DNA of 50,072 bases from positions 1 to 50,072 of the forward strand of contig JAZGHS010000114.1 in NCBI GenBank assembly GCA_036481315.1, read 5' to 3'. A program made the position numbers and the translations under genes. Position 1 is the first letter of the stretch, and the number at the start of each line of letters is the position of its first letter. The notes under the pieces were generated by a model that ran no database searches, was not told the origin of the DNA, and worked only from the letters and a program-made list of their open reading frames with translations. This document shows positions 28,244-37,396 of the stretch, one piece after another. The stretch comes from Candidatus Zixiibacteriota bacterium. GTDB taxonomy: Bacteria > Zixibacteria > MSB-5A5 > UBA10806.

Positions 28244-28405
28244 TGTGGAAATTGTGTGGATATGTAGGTTGTTATTCACAGATATATCATGCTATTTGGG
28301 CGATGTTTCACGTGAAACATCATATTATGACAATGTTTTCTATATTCAACCGGCTTTGTGGATACAATGTGGAAATACTATCGGAATCGCGTCAAGATTT
28401 TCACA
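28244..28405. promoter_or_regulatory. Cluster of DnaA-box-like 9-mers (candidate oriC)
   Basis: TGTGGAAAT 28244, TGTGGATAT 28255, TTATTCACA 28272, TGTGGATAC 28357, TGTGGAAAT 28368, ATTTTCACA 28397; all imperfect versus TTATCCACA. Confidence 0.55.
28304..28319. promoter_or_regulatory. parS site
   Basis: Perfect TGTTTCACGTGAAACA. Confidence 0.95.
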
Positions 28406-28433
28406 TTCAAAGCAGAAATATCAACAGGATTAA

Positions 28434-28988
28434 TTGGCTATGACTTTCCCTCCAGGTTTTGACATTAAGATCGATCAATGGTTTGTTGATAATGGGTTGA
28501 TAAAGCCATCGGATTTCACCATGCGCGCCGGGCTTCACTATGATCTCATACGGGAATGGTCGAATAGAATGAATATCGTCTCTAAAAATGATCTCGAAAT
28601 TCTGTTGGAGAGGCATATTTTGGATTCGCTCACGCCGATAACCTCTATTCCCGACAAGGGACGTTTGATAGATATCGGTTCCGGGGGCGGTTTTCCGGGG
28701 ATCCCAATCGCGCTTATCCGTCCGGAATTAAAAATCATTCTTCTGGAGTCTCGTCACAAAAAAGCGTTATTTCTCCAAGAGGCCAAAAAGCAGCTGAAAC
28801 TGGACAATGTCAGCGTAGAGGAATGCCGCCTCGAAGCTTTCACATCGAATTCTCCATTCGATATCGCCACTATCAGGGCATTACCGCAATGGGAAAAACA
28901 TCTTAAGAGGATAAAATCGCTTCTTCGGCCCGAAGGTTATATCATCTATTACAAGAGGTTAGGCGAAAGCGAAATTATCAATCTATAA
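28434..28988 (+). CDS. rsmG: 16S rRNA m7G527 methyltransferase RsmG (GidB)
   Basis: RHILDSL, DIGSGGGFPGIP, LLESRHKK; follows mnmG; start may be ATG 28440. Confidence 0.95.
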   Translation: MAMTFPPGFDIKIDQWFVDNGLIKPSDFTMRAGLHYDLIREWSNRMNIVSKNDLEILLERHILDSLTPITSIPDKGRLIDIGSGGGFPGIPIALIRPELKIILLESRHKKALFLQEAKKQLKLDNVSVEECRLEAFTSNSPFDIATIRALPQWEKHLKRIKSLLRPEGYIIYYKRLGESEIINL

Positions 28989-28993
28989 AAAGT

Positions 28994-29009
28994 TGTTTCA
29001 CGTGAAACA
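28994..29009. promoter_or_regulatory. parS site
   Basis: Perfect TGTTTCACGTGAAACA upstream of parA. Confidence 0.95.
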
Positions 29010-29088
29010 TTTTTCTTGCAATATTATTTATTATAGAATACAATTCATTGAATGTGAAACTATAACGTGATGCAGTTTTTGAGGTTAT

Positions 29089-29847
29089 ATGGGAAAAATC
29101 ATCGCTATCGCTAATCAGAAGGGCGGAGTCGGCAAAACGACAACCGCTGTTAATTTAGCCAGTTGTCTTGCTGTCGCCGAGAAAAAAACCTTACTCATCG
29201 ATATCGATCCCCAGGGAAATACGACATCGGGAGTGGGGATCGATAAAAATATCATAGATAGGTCTATCTATGATGTCTTATTAGGAGAAATTCCCGTTAA
29301 GGGGAATGTAATGGAGACGCAGATCGAGTATCTTCATATCCTCCCGGCTAATATAGACTTAGTGGGCGCGGAACTGGAGCTTGTAGGGGTCTCCTGTCGA
29401 GAACAACGCTTGAAAAGCGCCTTGATACCGGTGAAGGATGATTATGAGTTTATCCTTATTGATTGTCCGCCATCGCTGGGGCTTCTCACAATAAACACTC
29501 TTACCGCCGCGGATTCGGTGATCATCCCCATTCAATGCGAGTATTACGCTCTCGAGGGCTTGAGCCAACTGCTCAACACGATCAATCTTGTTCAGCGACG
29601 GCTTAATCCCGAATTGCGTATTCATGGCGTACTCCTGACCATGTACGACGGTCGCCTAAATTTATCCAAGCAGGTTGCCGAAGAGGCGCGGAAATTTTTC
29701 CCGGAGAAAGTTTTTGAAACCGTGATTAGTCGAAACGTGCGTCTTTCAGAAGCGCCAAGTTACGGCAAGCCGATTTTGTTATATGATATATTATGTACCG
29801 GGGCGGCGAATTATATGAATCTTGCCAAGGAGGTGTTGTCAAGATGA
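29089..29847 (+). CDS. parA: Chromosome partitioning ATPase ParA (Soj)
   Basis: NQKGGVGKTT, DIDPQGN, IDCPPSLG, QCEYYALEG, EAPSYG. Confidence 0.97.
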   Translation: MGKIIAIANQKGGVGKTTTAVNLASCLAVAEKKTLLIDIDPQGNTTSGVGIDKNIIDRSIYDVLLGEIPVKGNVMETQIEYLHILPANIDLVGAELELVGVSCREQRLKSALIPVKDDYEFILIDCPPSLGLLTINTLTAADSVIIPIQCEYYALEGLSQLLNTINLVQRRLNPELRIHGVLLTMYDGRLNLSKQVAEEARKFFPEKVFETVISRNVRLSEAPSYGKPILLYDILCTGAANYMNLAKEVLSR

Positions 29848-30725
29848 AACGACCGGCATTAGGCAAAGGTTTGGACGCGTTAATACCGGGGGCGGCATCC
29901 TCGCACGAAGATAATGATTCATCCGTAGATCCCGGGCGCAAAGCGATCGCCGAGATTCCTTTGGAGAAAATCGTCCCGAACCCATACCAGCCCCGTCAGG
30001 CATTTAATTCTGCTAAATTAGCCGAGCTTGTCGAATCGATTAAAGAGCAGGGGGTGATACAGCCGATAGCCGTCCGTCCGGTCGACGATTCATACGAGAT
30101 AATCGCCGGCGAGCGCAGGTTCCGGGCGGTCGAGAAGCTAGGCTGGAATACGATACCGTCGATTGTTTTCGATTCGACCGATAACGAAACGGCGATGGAG
30201 CTGGCTCTTATCGAGAATCTTCAGAGGGAGGATCTAAATCCGATAGAGGAGGCCACGGCGTATAGTCGTTTAATGAGCGAATGCTCTTTATCGCAGGCCG
30301 ACGTAGCCGTTAAGGTCGGCAAGGATCGCTCGTCGGTAGCCAATATCGTAAGGCTCCTGTCTCTCTCGGAGGAGATTCAGAATTTACTTATTAAAGGAGA
30401 TATTACATCCGGTCATGCCCGCGCGCTTTTGGCGGTGCCGACATCGAGCGAACGTGATATTCTCGCGGCCAGAATTGTCAAAGAGGGATTGTCGGTTCGG
30501 GGGTTGGAGAAGCTTGTCTATTCACAAAAATCGGCTCGAAAATCGAATCGCCCCAAAGAAAGACCGGCCCAGATCATATCCATTGAGGAATCGTTGAAAC
30601 GAAAGCTGGCCACCCGCGTAATACTCAGCCAAAAGCGAAAGGGCGGCAAGATCACGATAGAATATTACTCCAACGACGAGCTAAATCGCCTGCTGGAGTT
30701 TTTTGGCGTGCTGGAGAATTTTTGA
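29844..30725 (+). CDS. parB: Chromosome partitioning protein ParB (Spo0J)
   Basis: LGKGLDAL, NPYQPR, AGERR, ENLQREDL, HTH; ATG 29844 overlaps parA stop. Confidence 0.97.
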   Translation: MKRPALGKGLDALIPGAASSHEDNDSSVDPGRKAIAEIPLEKIVPNPYQPRQAFNSAKLAELVESIKEQGVIQPIAVRPVDDSYEIIAGERRFRAVEKLGWNTIPSIVFDSTDNETAMELALIENLQREDLNPIEEATAYSRLMSECSLSQADVAVKVGKDRSSVANIVRLLSLSEEIQNLLIKGDITSGHARALLAVPTSSERDILAARIVKEGLSVRGLEKLVYSQKSARKSNRPKERPAQIISIEESLKRKLATRVILSQKRKGGKITIEYYSNDELNRLLEFFGVLENF

Positions 30726-31531
30726 GCAGAAAAATAACATTGATGATAATCCCCGAGGGGAGCCAGGACGTATTTTCCAGAACGTTTTCCTCCACCTTTT
30801 TCAAGATAATCCTCGGGATTGTTATACTCTGGCTCGCGACCTTATTGGTTATCACGTTTTTTTATTCACGCCTTTCAATAACAGCGGCCCGTTCCTCTAT
30901 GTTGCAGGAGGAAAACGAAAATCTTCGCGGATATCTCGCTCGAGTGGTCGAAATAGAAAAAAACTTCAAAAAAAATCGTGAACTGGCGGAACGTCTGGCT
31001 CAGATGGCCGGAGTCGATCTTGAAAGCTATGAAAATCCGGACGGATCCGATTTCGATTCGATGTTAGCCGAAGCACCCGAGAGCCATCCCAGCGACATTG
31101 TGGGATATTCCGGCGATTTTCAGATACCGTTATCCAGGAAGGAACTTGCCGGTCAGATCGTTCCTTTGGGACGGCCGTTATACGGCTGGATTACCAGATC
31201 ATTTACAAACGATGAAGAATCGGTGGAGAAACATCTGGGGTTCGATTTTGCGGTGAAGAAAGGGACGCCGGTTTCCACGACGGCTTCCGGGGCCGTCACA
31301 TTTGCCGGCTGGGATGATACTTACGGAAACCTGGTGATAATCGATCATGGCAACGGTTACGAAACCATGTATGGCCACAATGAAAAAATACTTGTCGAAG
31401 AGGGCGAGAGTGTCTTAAAAGGAGATGTGGTTGCTCTTTCGGGCAACACAGGCCGATCGTCGGCGCCTCATTTACATTACGAGATTAGGAAAAACGGGGA
31501 GGCTGTCGACCCGGCTCCGTACCTGGAGTGA
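30722..31531 (+). CDS. M23 family metallopeptidase
   Basis: TM + coiled coil, HLGFD, YGHN, SGNTGRSSAPHLHYE. Confidence 0.93.
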   Translation: MSRKITLMIIPEGSQDVFSRTFSSTFFKIILGIVILWLATLLVITFFYSRLSITAARSSMLQEENENLRGYLARVVEIEKNFKKNRELAERLAQMAGVDLESYENPDGSDFDSMLAEAPESHPSDIVGYSGDFQIPLSRKELAGQIVPLGRPLYGWITRSFTNDEESVEKHLGFDFAVKKGTPVSTTASGAVTFAGWDDTYGNLVIIDHGNGYETMYGHNEKILVEEGESVLKGDVVALSGNTGRSSAPHLHYEIRKNGEAVDPAPYLE

Positions 31532-31567
31532 GAAATTCAATTTAACAAAAGACAAAAAGAGGGAGAT

Positions 31568-31945
31568 ATGAACGGAAACAAAGCTGACAATAAGCTCGGG
31601 ACCATTATCGGTAAAGGGACAAATATCGAAGGGACTATTAATATCGAGGGCGCTACCCGGATCGACGGAACCGTTTCGGGTAAATTAATTGCCAACGATA
31701 CTGTCACTATTGGCCCTACGGGGGTAGTGAAGGCAGAGATAAAAGCCCGCACCATAGTAGTCGGCGGGCGGGTCGAGGGCAACCTTGTCGCCAACGAAAA
31801 GGTAGAACTTCAGGCAAAATCCGAATTGGTCGGCGATATAACGTCGAAATCGCTTCTGGTGGAACATGGCGCGATTTTTCACGGCAATTCCAGGATGAAG
31901 GATTCGGCGACACCGCATAAGGCCATTCCTCAACAAGGAAAATAA
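31568..31945 (+). CDS. Bactofilin (polymer-forming cytoskeletal protein)
   Basis: TIIGKGTNIEG..RIDG..G repeats; typical position after M23. Confidence 0.93.
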   Translation: MNGNKADNKLGTIIGKGTNIEGTINIEGATRIDGTVSGKLIANDTVTIGPTGVVKAEIKARTIVVGGRVEGNLVANEKVELQAKSELVGDITSKSLLVEHGAIFHGNSRMKDSATPHKAIPQQGK

Positions 31946-32635
31946 ATGGACTCGCGATTGACGGTTTTCGGGATTGTCTTTTTCGCGGTAGGGATTCTAC
32001 TTCTGGCGTTCCTTCTGCGAAGAGTTTTCAAGAGGATCCGTTATGAGGATCCCGGCGACTTTAAATCAAAACCGCCCGGCGGGATGAATATCTTTTTTGT
32101 TTTTTTCGCCTTGGCCTGTATTGTCCTGGCTCAGGGTTTTTTTTGGATGTCCTCGCAGTTGAAATATTTCCGTGTACTGAACGAGTATGGTGATATTGGC
32201 AGGCTCACCGCCAGCCAAACCAATGACCCGGTTAAATCGTTGGAAATCAGATACGTGCCGGCGTCGTACGATAGCGTAAATATAGAAAACCTCTTTTTCC
32301 TCTCCGGGGATTCATGGCGTTTCTCCGGAGAGATATTGCGATTCAAATTTGCCCGCGAGTATCTTCGCTTGCCGGAGCGATGTTACAAGACGGTGGAATT
32401 TAACGCGAGATTTCTTAACCGACGAGCGCCGTCGAGTACCGGCACCCTTTTTCATTCCAGTGAGTTGGAGGGTGGCGGTTCGAAAGCGTTCGAGATATTT
32501 CGCGACAACAAATATTTCGGCTGGTTCGCAGAGGTGGACAGTTTCGCGAGCGATTTTGTGACCACCGACGGAACGGGCAATTACGATTTGAATATCGAAT
32601 CCGACGGGGATATTAAAATCCGGTATTCGCGGTAG
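31946..32635 (+). CDS. Hypothetical membrane protein
   Basis: Two N-terminal TM segments; abuts the bactofilin stop. Confidence 0.75.
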   Translation: MDSRLTVFGIVFFAVGILLLAFLLRRVFKRIRYEDPGDFKSKPPGGMNIFFVFFALACIVLAQGFFWMSSQLKYFRVLNEYGDIGRLTASQTNDPVKSLEIRYVPASYDSVNIENLFFLSGDSWRFSGEILRFKFAREYLRLPERCYKTVEFNARFLNRRAPSSTGTLFHSSELEGGGSKAFEIFRDNKYFGWFAEVDSFASDFVTTDGTGNYDLNIESDGDIKIRYSR

Positions 32636-32711
32636 GATCGTTGGCTAAGATTATATCCGGTCGAATGGATTATAATAATATATAACCTGGCATATTATTA
32701 AAAGGCGGAAT

Positions 32712-33677
32712 ATGCCGCTTTCACAGGATTATTCAGGGCAAAATAAAGAGAAATTAAAATTCCATTGCTCTAATTGCGGGATTGAGATCATTACTAAATA
32801 TCTTAAGCCTGGCGACGTTTTAATATGTAAATCCTGCGGAAAAGAGACTGTGGTCCCCGTATCATCTTTGGAAATAAACGAAGAGCTCAAGAAATCAAAA
32901 GAGCCTACGCAGTGGGGATTCGGTTCGGTAATAAAATTCACTCTGGCTTATATTCTATCTATAATTCCTATAATAATCATAGTAGTCATACCGAGTATGC
33001 TTATAGCAAAGATGTTTTATCCGTATGTTCCCGTAGGAGAAGAATTATATGATATTGTCAATGAGGACATCCTGTTTCATTCAATGGACTTTATTTATTA
33101 TTTTGTACCTATAGGATTAATCTACTACTCAGTTGTCAGAAGACATAAGAATAGGTTTTTCGCGGCTTTGCATATTGATAAGCTATCAAGCGGTGAGTTG
33201 CTCAGATGGTTGGAAATATGTATTACGATTTCAATAGGATTAACGCTATTCTCCGAATTTATCGAGCACGTAACTCCACTCGGAAGATTTATTCCTGACG
33301 AGATTCCCCTATATGAGATTTTTAAAAAGGGGTATTACGAGGTGGTATGGTTTTCATTTTTCGCGCTGATAGCCCCGGTACAGGAGGAATTAATATTTCG
33401 GGGGTACGTATATCAAGGGATAAAGAACAAGTTCGGTACGATTACATCTGCCATAATTGTTTCTGTAGTATTTATTTTACTCCACGGATCGCAATTGGCA
33501 TTTAATCCGATTTTATTGTTTTTTATCGCCATCGCGGCCGTTTTGCTTATTATCGTCAGGATTAAAACGAAGTCCCTTACAAAATGTATACTGCTACATT
33601 TGGTTTTTAATACGGTTTCGGTAATTTACCTGTGGATATGGATCTGGCTATTTGGGCTCGAATCTTTATGGAGTTAG
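32712..33677 (+). CDS. CPBP (Abi/CAAX) intramembrane glutamic protease with N-terminal Zn ribbon
   Basis: CSNC...CKSC; EELIFRG, FILLH, HLVFN. Confidence 0.88.
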   Translation: MPLSQDYSGQNKEKLKFHCSNCGIEIITKYLKPGDVLICKSCGKETVVPVSSLEINEELKKSKEPTQWGFGSVIKFTLAYILSIIPIIIIVVIPSMLIAKMFYPYVPVGEELYDIVNEDILFHSMDFIYYFVPIGLIYYSVVRRHKNRFFAALHIDKLSSGELLRWLEICITISIGLTLFSEFIEHVTPLGRFIPDEIPLYEIFKKGYYEVVWFSFFALIAPVQEELIFRGYVYQGIKNKFGTITSAIIVSVVFILLHGSQLAFNPILLFFIAIAAVLLIIVRIKTKSLTKCILLHLVFNTVSVIYLWIWIWLFGLESLWS

Positions 33678-33788
33678 TTTGTTATGCAAAAAACTCTATC
33701 TCCGTAATAATCTTTAGAAGTGATAGACAAATATGCTGGCTATATTAGAAAGACAACTCCTATGTTTGTCGCTTCCAACCTTCCCCTG

Positions 33789-33816
33789 TTGCTTTTCGGC
33801 CGTTTTTGCGTATAAT
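33789..33816 (+). promoter_or_regulatory. Sigma70-type promoter for moxR
   Basis: TTGCTT-16 bp-TATAAT. Confidence 0.5.
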
Positions 33817-33904
33817 AGGGAAACATCTTCGGCGACAGCCGAAAGCGATCCCGGATATCCGGGCATCGGACGACGCTTAGCACCAAACTGTACCTGGAGG
33901 ATAA

Positions 33905-34897
33905 ATGAGTTCCGACAAAGGCGATCTTAAAGCGGTAGAACGGCTTAACGAGGGCTTCACGGCCATAAAATCGGAAATTGGCAAAGTAATCATTGGGCAG
34001 GACGAGGTAATCGAACAGCTTCTGATCGCCATTTTGGCCCGCGGGCACTGTCTTTTCGTCGGCGTGCCGGGACTGGCCAAGACCCTGCTGGTCTCCACAT
34101 TGGCTAAAACACTCGATCTGAAATTCTCACGTATCCAATTTACCCCCGATCTGATGCCGTCGGATATTACCGGAACCGAGGTGATCGAGGAGAACCGGGC
34201 TACCGGTGGACGGGAATTCCGGTTCGTCAAGGGCCCGATTTTCGCCAATATCATCCTGGCCGACGAGATCAACCGTACCCCGCCTAAGACCCAGTCGGCA
34301 CTTTTACAGGCGATGCAGGAATACGAAGTCACAGCGGCAGGTGATACCCATGATATATCCAAACCGTTTTTCGTGCTGGCGACACAGAATCCGATCGAGC
34401 AGGAGGGCACCTATCCCCTGCCGGAGGCCCAGCTCGACCGTTTCATGTTTAATATCTATGTCGATTATCCGTCGGAGGACGAGGAGAACGAGATCGTGCG
34501 TACTACAACGTCGGCATACGAAAGCAATGCTGGCATCGTGATGAAAGCCGACGAGATCCTCGAGCTTCAAGATCTGGTACGACGTGTGCCGGTGGCCGAT
34601 TCGGTGATCGCTTACGCTGTCCGTCTGGCCCGCGCTACCCGCCCGGTGGAGGGTTCACCCGAGTATATCAAAAATTGGATAAGTTGGGGCGCCGGTCCGA
34701 GAGCGTCGCAGTATATGACACTCGGCGCCAAAACCCGTGCCATCCTGCACGGCCGTCCGACCCCGTCGATAGAGGATATCCGCGAGGTTGCCCGTCCGGT
34801 GATGCGTCACCGCATCGTGACATCGTTCTCCGCCGAGGCCGAGGGTATCGGTACGCTTGACGTGGTGGACAAGCTTTTGGGGGATGTGGCGGAGTAA
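33905..34897 (+). CDS. MoxR family AAA+ ATPase
   Basis: GVPGLAKT, RIQFTPDLMPSD, LADEINR, ATQNPIEQEGTYPLPEAQLDRF, GAGPRA. Confidence 0.96.
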   Translation: MSSDKGDLKAVERLNEGFTAIKSEIGKVIIGQDEVIEQLLIAILARGHCLFVGVPGLAKTLLVSTLAKTLDLKFSRIQFTPDLMPSDITGTEVIEENRATGGREFRFVKGPIFANIILADEINRTPPKTQSALLQAMQEYEVTAAGDTHDISKPFFVLATQNPIEQEGTYPLPEAQLDRFMFNIYVDYPSEDEENEIVRTTTSAYESNAGIVMKADEILELQDLVRRVPVADSVIAYAVRLARATRPVEGSPEYIKNWISWGAGPRASQYMTLGAKTRAILHGRPTPSIEDIREVARPVMRHRIVTSFSAEAEGIGTLDVVDKLLGDVAE

Positions 34898-35007
34898 GTA
34901 CTAGGAACTGTTAGTCGTTAAGTCGGGTAACCTGACGATACGGAAAACACGATTATTCCTTTGCCTTAATACTATAGAATCTATTATACATTCCCCGGAG
35001 GTGATTT

Positions 35008-35586
35008 ATGTTTAAAATTATAAGAATCTTAATGTTGCTATTTGTAATCGTCATTACGACATCGATAGCCGCTGCCCATTGCGATTCGATGAGCGGGCCG
35101 GTGATCGTGACCGCCAGGACCGCGCTTGAAAGAGGCGATGTCACGCCCGTACTCAAATGGGTGAAAGCGGAAAATGAAACGGAGATACGGGAATTATTCG
35201 AGAAAACGCTGGCGGTCAGGCAAAAAGGACCGGAGGCCAAAGAGCTGGCCGATATGTATTTCTTCGAAACCCTGGTTCGTATTCACAGGGCGGGCGAGGG
35301 TGCTCCCTACACCGGCCTGAAACCAGCCGGCGAGATCGAGCCGATAATACAATTATCGGACAAGGCGCTTGAAAGCGGGGATGTCGATTCTCTTATTTTG
35401 AAGGTAAGCGAAAAGGTTTCCCGGGGAATAAGGGAGAGGTTCGAACACGCGTCAAACGCCGAAAAGAACGCTGGTATCAGTATTGAGGCCGGACGGGAGT
35501 TCGTCGAGGCTTATGTAGTATTCACCCATTATGTGGAGAAGATTCACGAGGCGGCAGCGGGTCACGATCCGCACGCCGACCATTAG
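35008..35586 (+). CDS. DUF6448-like exported protein
   Basis: Signal peptide then HCDSMSGPV, FFETLVRIHRAGEGAPYTGLKP, His-rich tail. Confidence 0.75.
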   Translation: MFKIIRILMLLFVIVITTSIAAAHCDSMSGPVIVTARTALERGDVTPVLKWVKAENETEIRELFEKTLAVRQKGPEAKELADMYFFETLVRIHRAGEGAPYTGLKPAGEIEPIIQLSDKALESGDVDSLILKVSEKVSRGIRERFEHASNAEKNAGISIEAGREFVEAYVVFTHYVEKIHEAAAGHDPHADH

Positions 35587-35592
35587 TGTTGG

Positions 35593-35656
35593 GACGCCGA
35601 GGGTGTCGGCAACGCTGGACGTGGTGGATAAGCTGCTGGGGGATGTTGCGGAGTAG
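35593..35656 (+). pseudogene. Remnant duplicate of moxR 3' end
   Basis: Aligns to 34835-34897 (AEG.G.LDVVDKLLGDVAE*) with mostly synonymous changes and a 1-bp insertion. Confidence 0.9.
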
Positions 35657-35770
35657 GCATTTGGGGCTTGCATACCCGGATTTTATAATGGACACAATTT
35701 CATAATTTTAGTATATTATCAAAAGTTGCAATATACTGGATTCTTATTGCAGGATTTTGAATAGCAAGGT

Positions 35771-35798
35771 GGTAACTCACAGCTTGCTGTGGAATACC
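35771..35798. repeat. CCCRCAGC-family palindrome
   Basis: GGTAACTCACAGCTTGCTGTGGAATACC. Confidence 0.75.
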
Positions 35799-35829
35799 AG
35801 TATCCTGCGAAGTTAAAGTTGGATGCCAT

Positions 35830-36861
35830 ATGAGTAAAGACCTGACCAAATCCGATATTGATCGTCAGAATATTCTAAATAACCCTTATGCGATCAAAGA
35901 GATCAAAAAAGCAACAAATCTGAGGGGTATTAAATTCCAAGGCAAATTGACCCTTATAAAGGAACAAGTTGCCGCATTCTTTCAAGTTGAACAGAGAACC
36001 ATAGACAACTATCTTTCAAGATATGAATCAGAACTCAAGCAAAATGGCTACGAAATTTTACGAGGTAAGCCATTGCAAGATTATAAAATAGCTATAAGTG
36101 AACAATTTGCTAACGAAACAGATTTCGTAGGCAAAAGTTTGCATAAGATCACAATGCTGGGGATTTTTGACTTCCGGGCTTTTCTCAACCTTGCCATGCT
36201 AATTACGGAGAGTGAGCGAGCCAGACTTCTACGCCAGGCAATTCTGGATATTGTAATCGACACTATAAATAAAAGGACAGGCGGCGCTACCAAATATATA
36301 AATCAACGTGATGAAGATTTCATAATTTCGTATTTTAAAGAAGAGAACTACCGAAAAGAGTTCACGGATGCTTTAAGAGACTATGTTGACATGGGTAAAT
36401 TCAAATATCCAGCCTATACAAATAAGATATATGTGAGTATTTTCAAAGAGAATGCACGTGAATACAAAAAAATACTGCGATTGCAGGAGAGCGATAAGGT
36501 AAGAGACACCTTCTATTCTGAAGTCCTGGATTTGATTTCTTCCTATGAATACGGATTTGCTAAAATAATCGCAGAGGCATTTAATAAAGCAGGCCGAAAA
36601 CTTACATCATGGGAGGTAGATAAGCTCTTTGTTGAATTTGAATCTCAAGCGCACTGGAAACCGTTGGTAGAAAATGCTCGCAATAAAATGGCCAGTCGCG
36701 ATCTTGCATTGAGAGACGCTTTCCACCTTCGATTGCCGGAATATATTACACCTTTAGAAACAGCGGAATTCGAACGATTCTTAGATGTAAAAAGCAAAGA
36801 GCTTGTTGAACGCTTGGAGGAAGCTAAGGAGGTATTCAAGCGTCTTAAGGAGCGGGAGTAG
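35830..36861 (+). CDS. Putative DNA-binding protein partnered with Doc toxin
   Basis: 343 aa, N-terminal HTH-like EQVAAFFQVEQRTIDNY, FLNLAML..SERA; stop overlaps the next start. Confidence 0.65.
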   Translation: MSKDLTKSDIDRQNILNNPYAIKEIKKATNLRGIKFQGKLTLIKEQVAAFFQVEQRTIDNYLSRYESELKQNGYEILRGKPLQDYKIAISEQFANETDFVGKSLHKITMLGIFDFRAFLNLAMLITESERARLLRQAILDIVIDTINKRTGGATKYINQRDEDFIISYFKEENYRKEFTDALRDYVDMGKFKYPAYTNKIYVSIFKENAREYKKILRLQESDKVRDTFYSEVLDLISSYEYGFAKIIAEAFNKAGRKLTSWEVDKLFVEFESQAHWKPLVENARNKMASRDLALRDAFHLRLPEYITPLETAEFERFLDVKSKELVERLEEAKEVFKRLKERE

Positions 36862-37316
36862 TGGCTATTGTCTATATCACGCTTGAACAAGCGATCGAAA
36901 TCCATGATAAGACAATAGAAATCAGTGGCGGCGGTGCACGAGGACATTTGGATCTTGATAAATTGGATAGTGTCTTACAACATATACAAAACGATGATTA
37001 TTACCCGACTTTCGAAGATAAACTAGTGCATTTGTTTTTCTGTACATGTAATTTTCATTGTTTTCAAGACGGTAATAAGAGAATCGCCATCGCCTTGGGC
37101 GCACAATTTCTAATTTATAATGGTTATCTATTTATAGCAAAGAGGTTTATTGATGAAATGGAAAATATCAGTTACCATGTTGCTGCCGGTAAAATTAACA
37201 AAGGATTATTAGGTGAAATAGTCAGTGCCGTTATTAATGACGAAATGGATAGCGAAGAAATTAAATTGAAAATTCTAGAAGCTATTTCGGGAAATAATCA
37301 GAAAAATAAGAGCTGA
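36861..37316 (+). CDS. Fic/Doc (death-on-curing) family protein
   Basis: HCFQDGNKR Fic/Doc motif, IHD..I..SGG N-terminus. Confidence 0.9.
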   Translation: MAIVYITLEQAIEIHDKTIEISGGGARGHLDLDKLDSVLQHIQNDDYYPTFEDKLVHLFFCTCNFHCFQDGNKRIAIALGAQFLIYNGYLFIAKRFIDEMENISYHVAAGKINKGLLGEIVSAVINDEMDSEEIKLKILEAISGNNQKNKS

Positions 37317-37320
37317 TAAT

Positions 37321-37348
37321 GGTACCCCGCAGCAAGCTGTGGGGTACC
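37321..37348. repeat. CCCRCAGC-family palindrome (near perfect)
   Basis: GGTACCCCGCAGCAAGCTGTGGGGTACC, 4 bp after the doc stop. Confidence 0.85.
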
Positions 37349-37396
37349 GTGAGTCCCAACATAAACAGGCCGCTCGGCAGTAAGGAAGGTAGGACG

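Noticed and set aside
33877-34410. 177-aa minus-strand ORF
   Set aside because: Antisense shadow of conserved moxR
37319-37396. N-terminal extension of the Mrr-like ORF
   Set aside because: Runs through the palindrome; better RBS before ATG 37397
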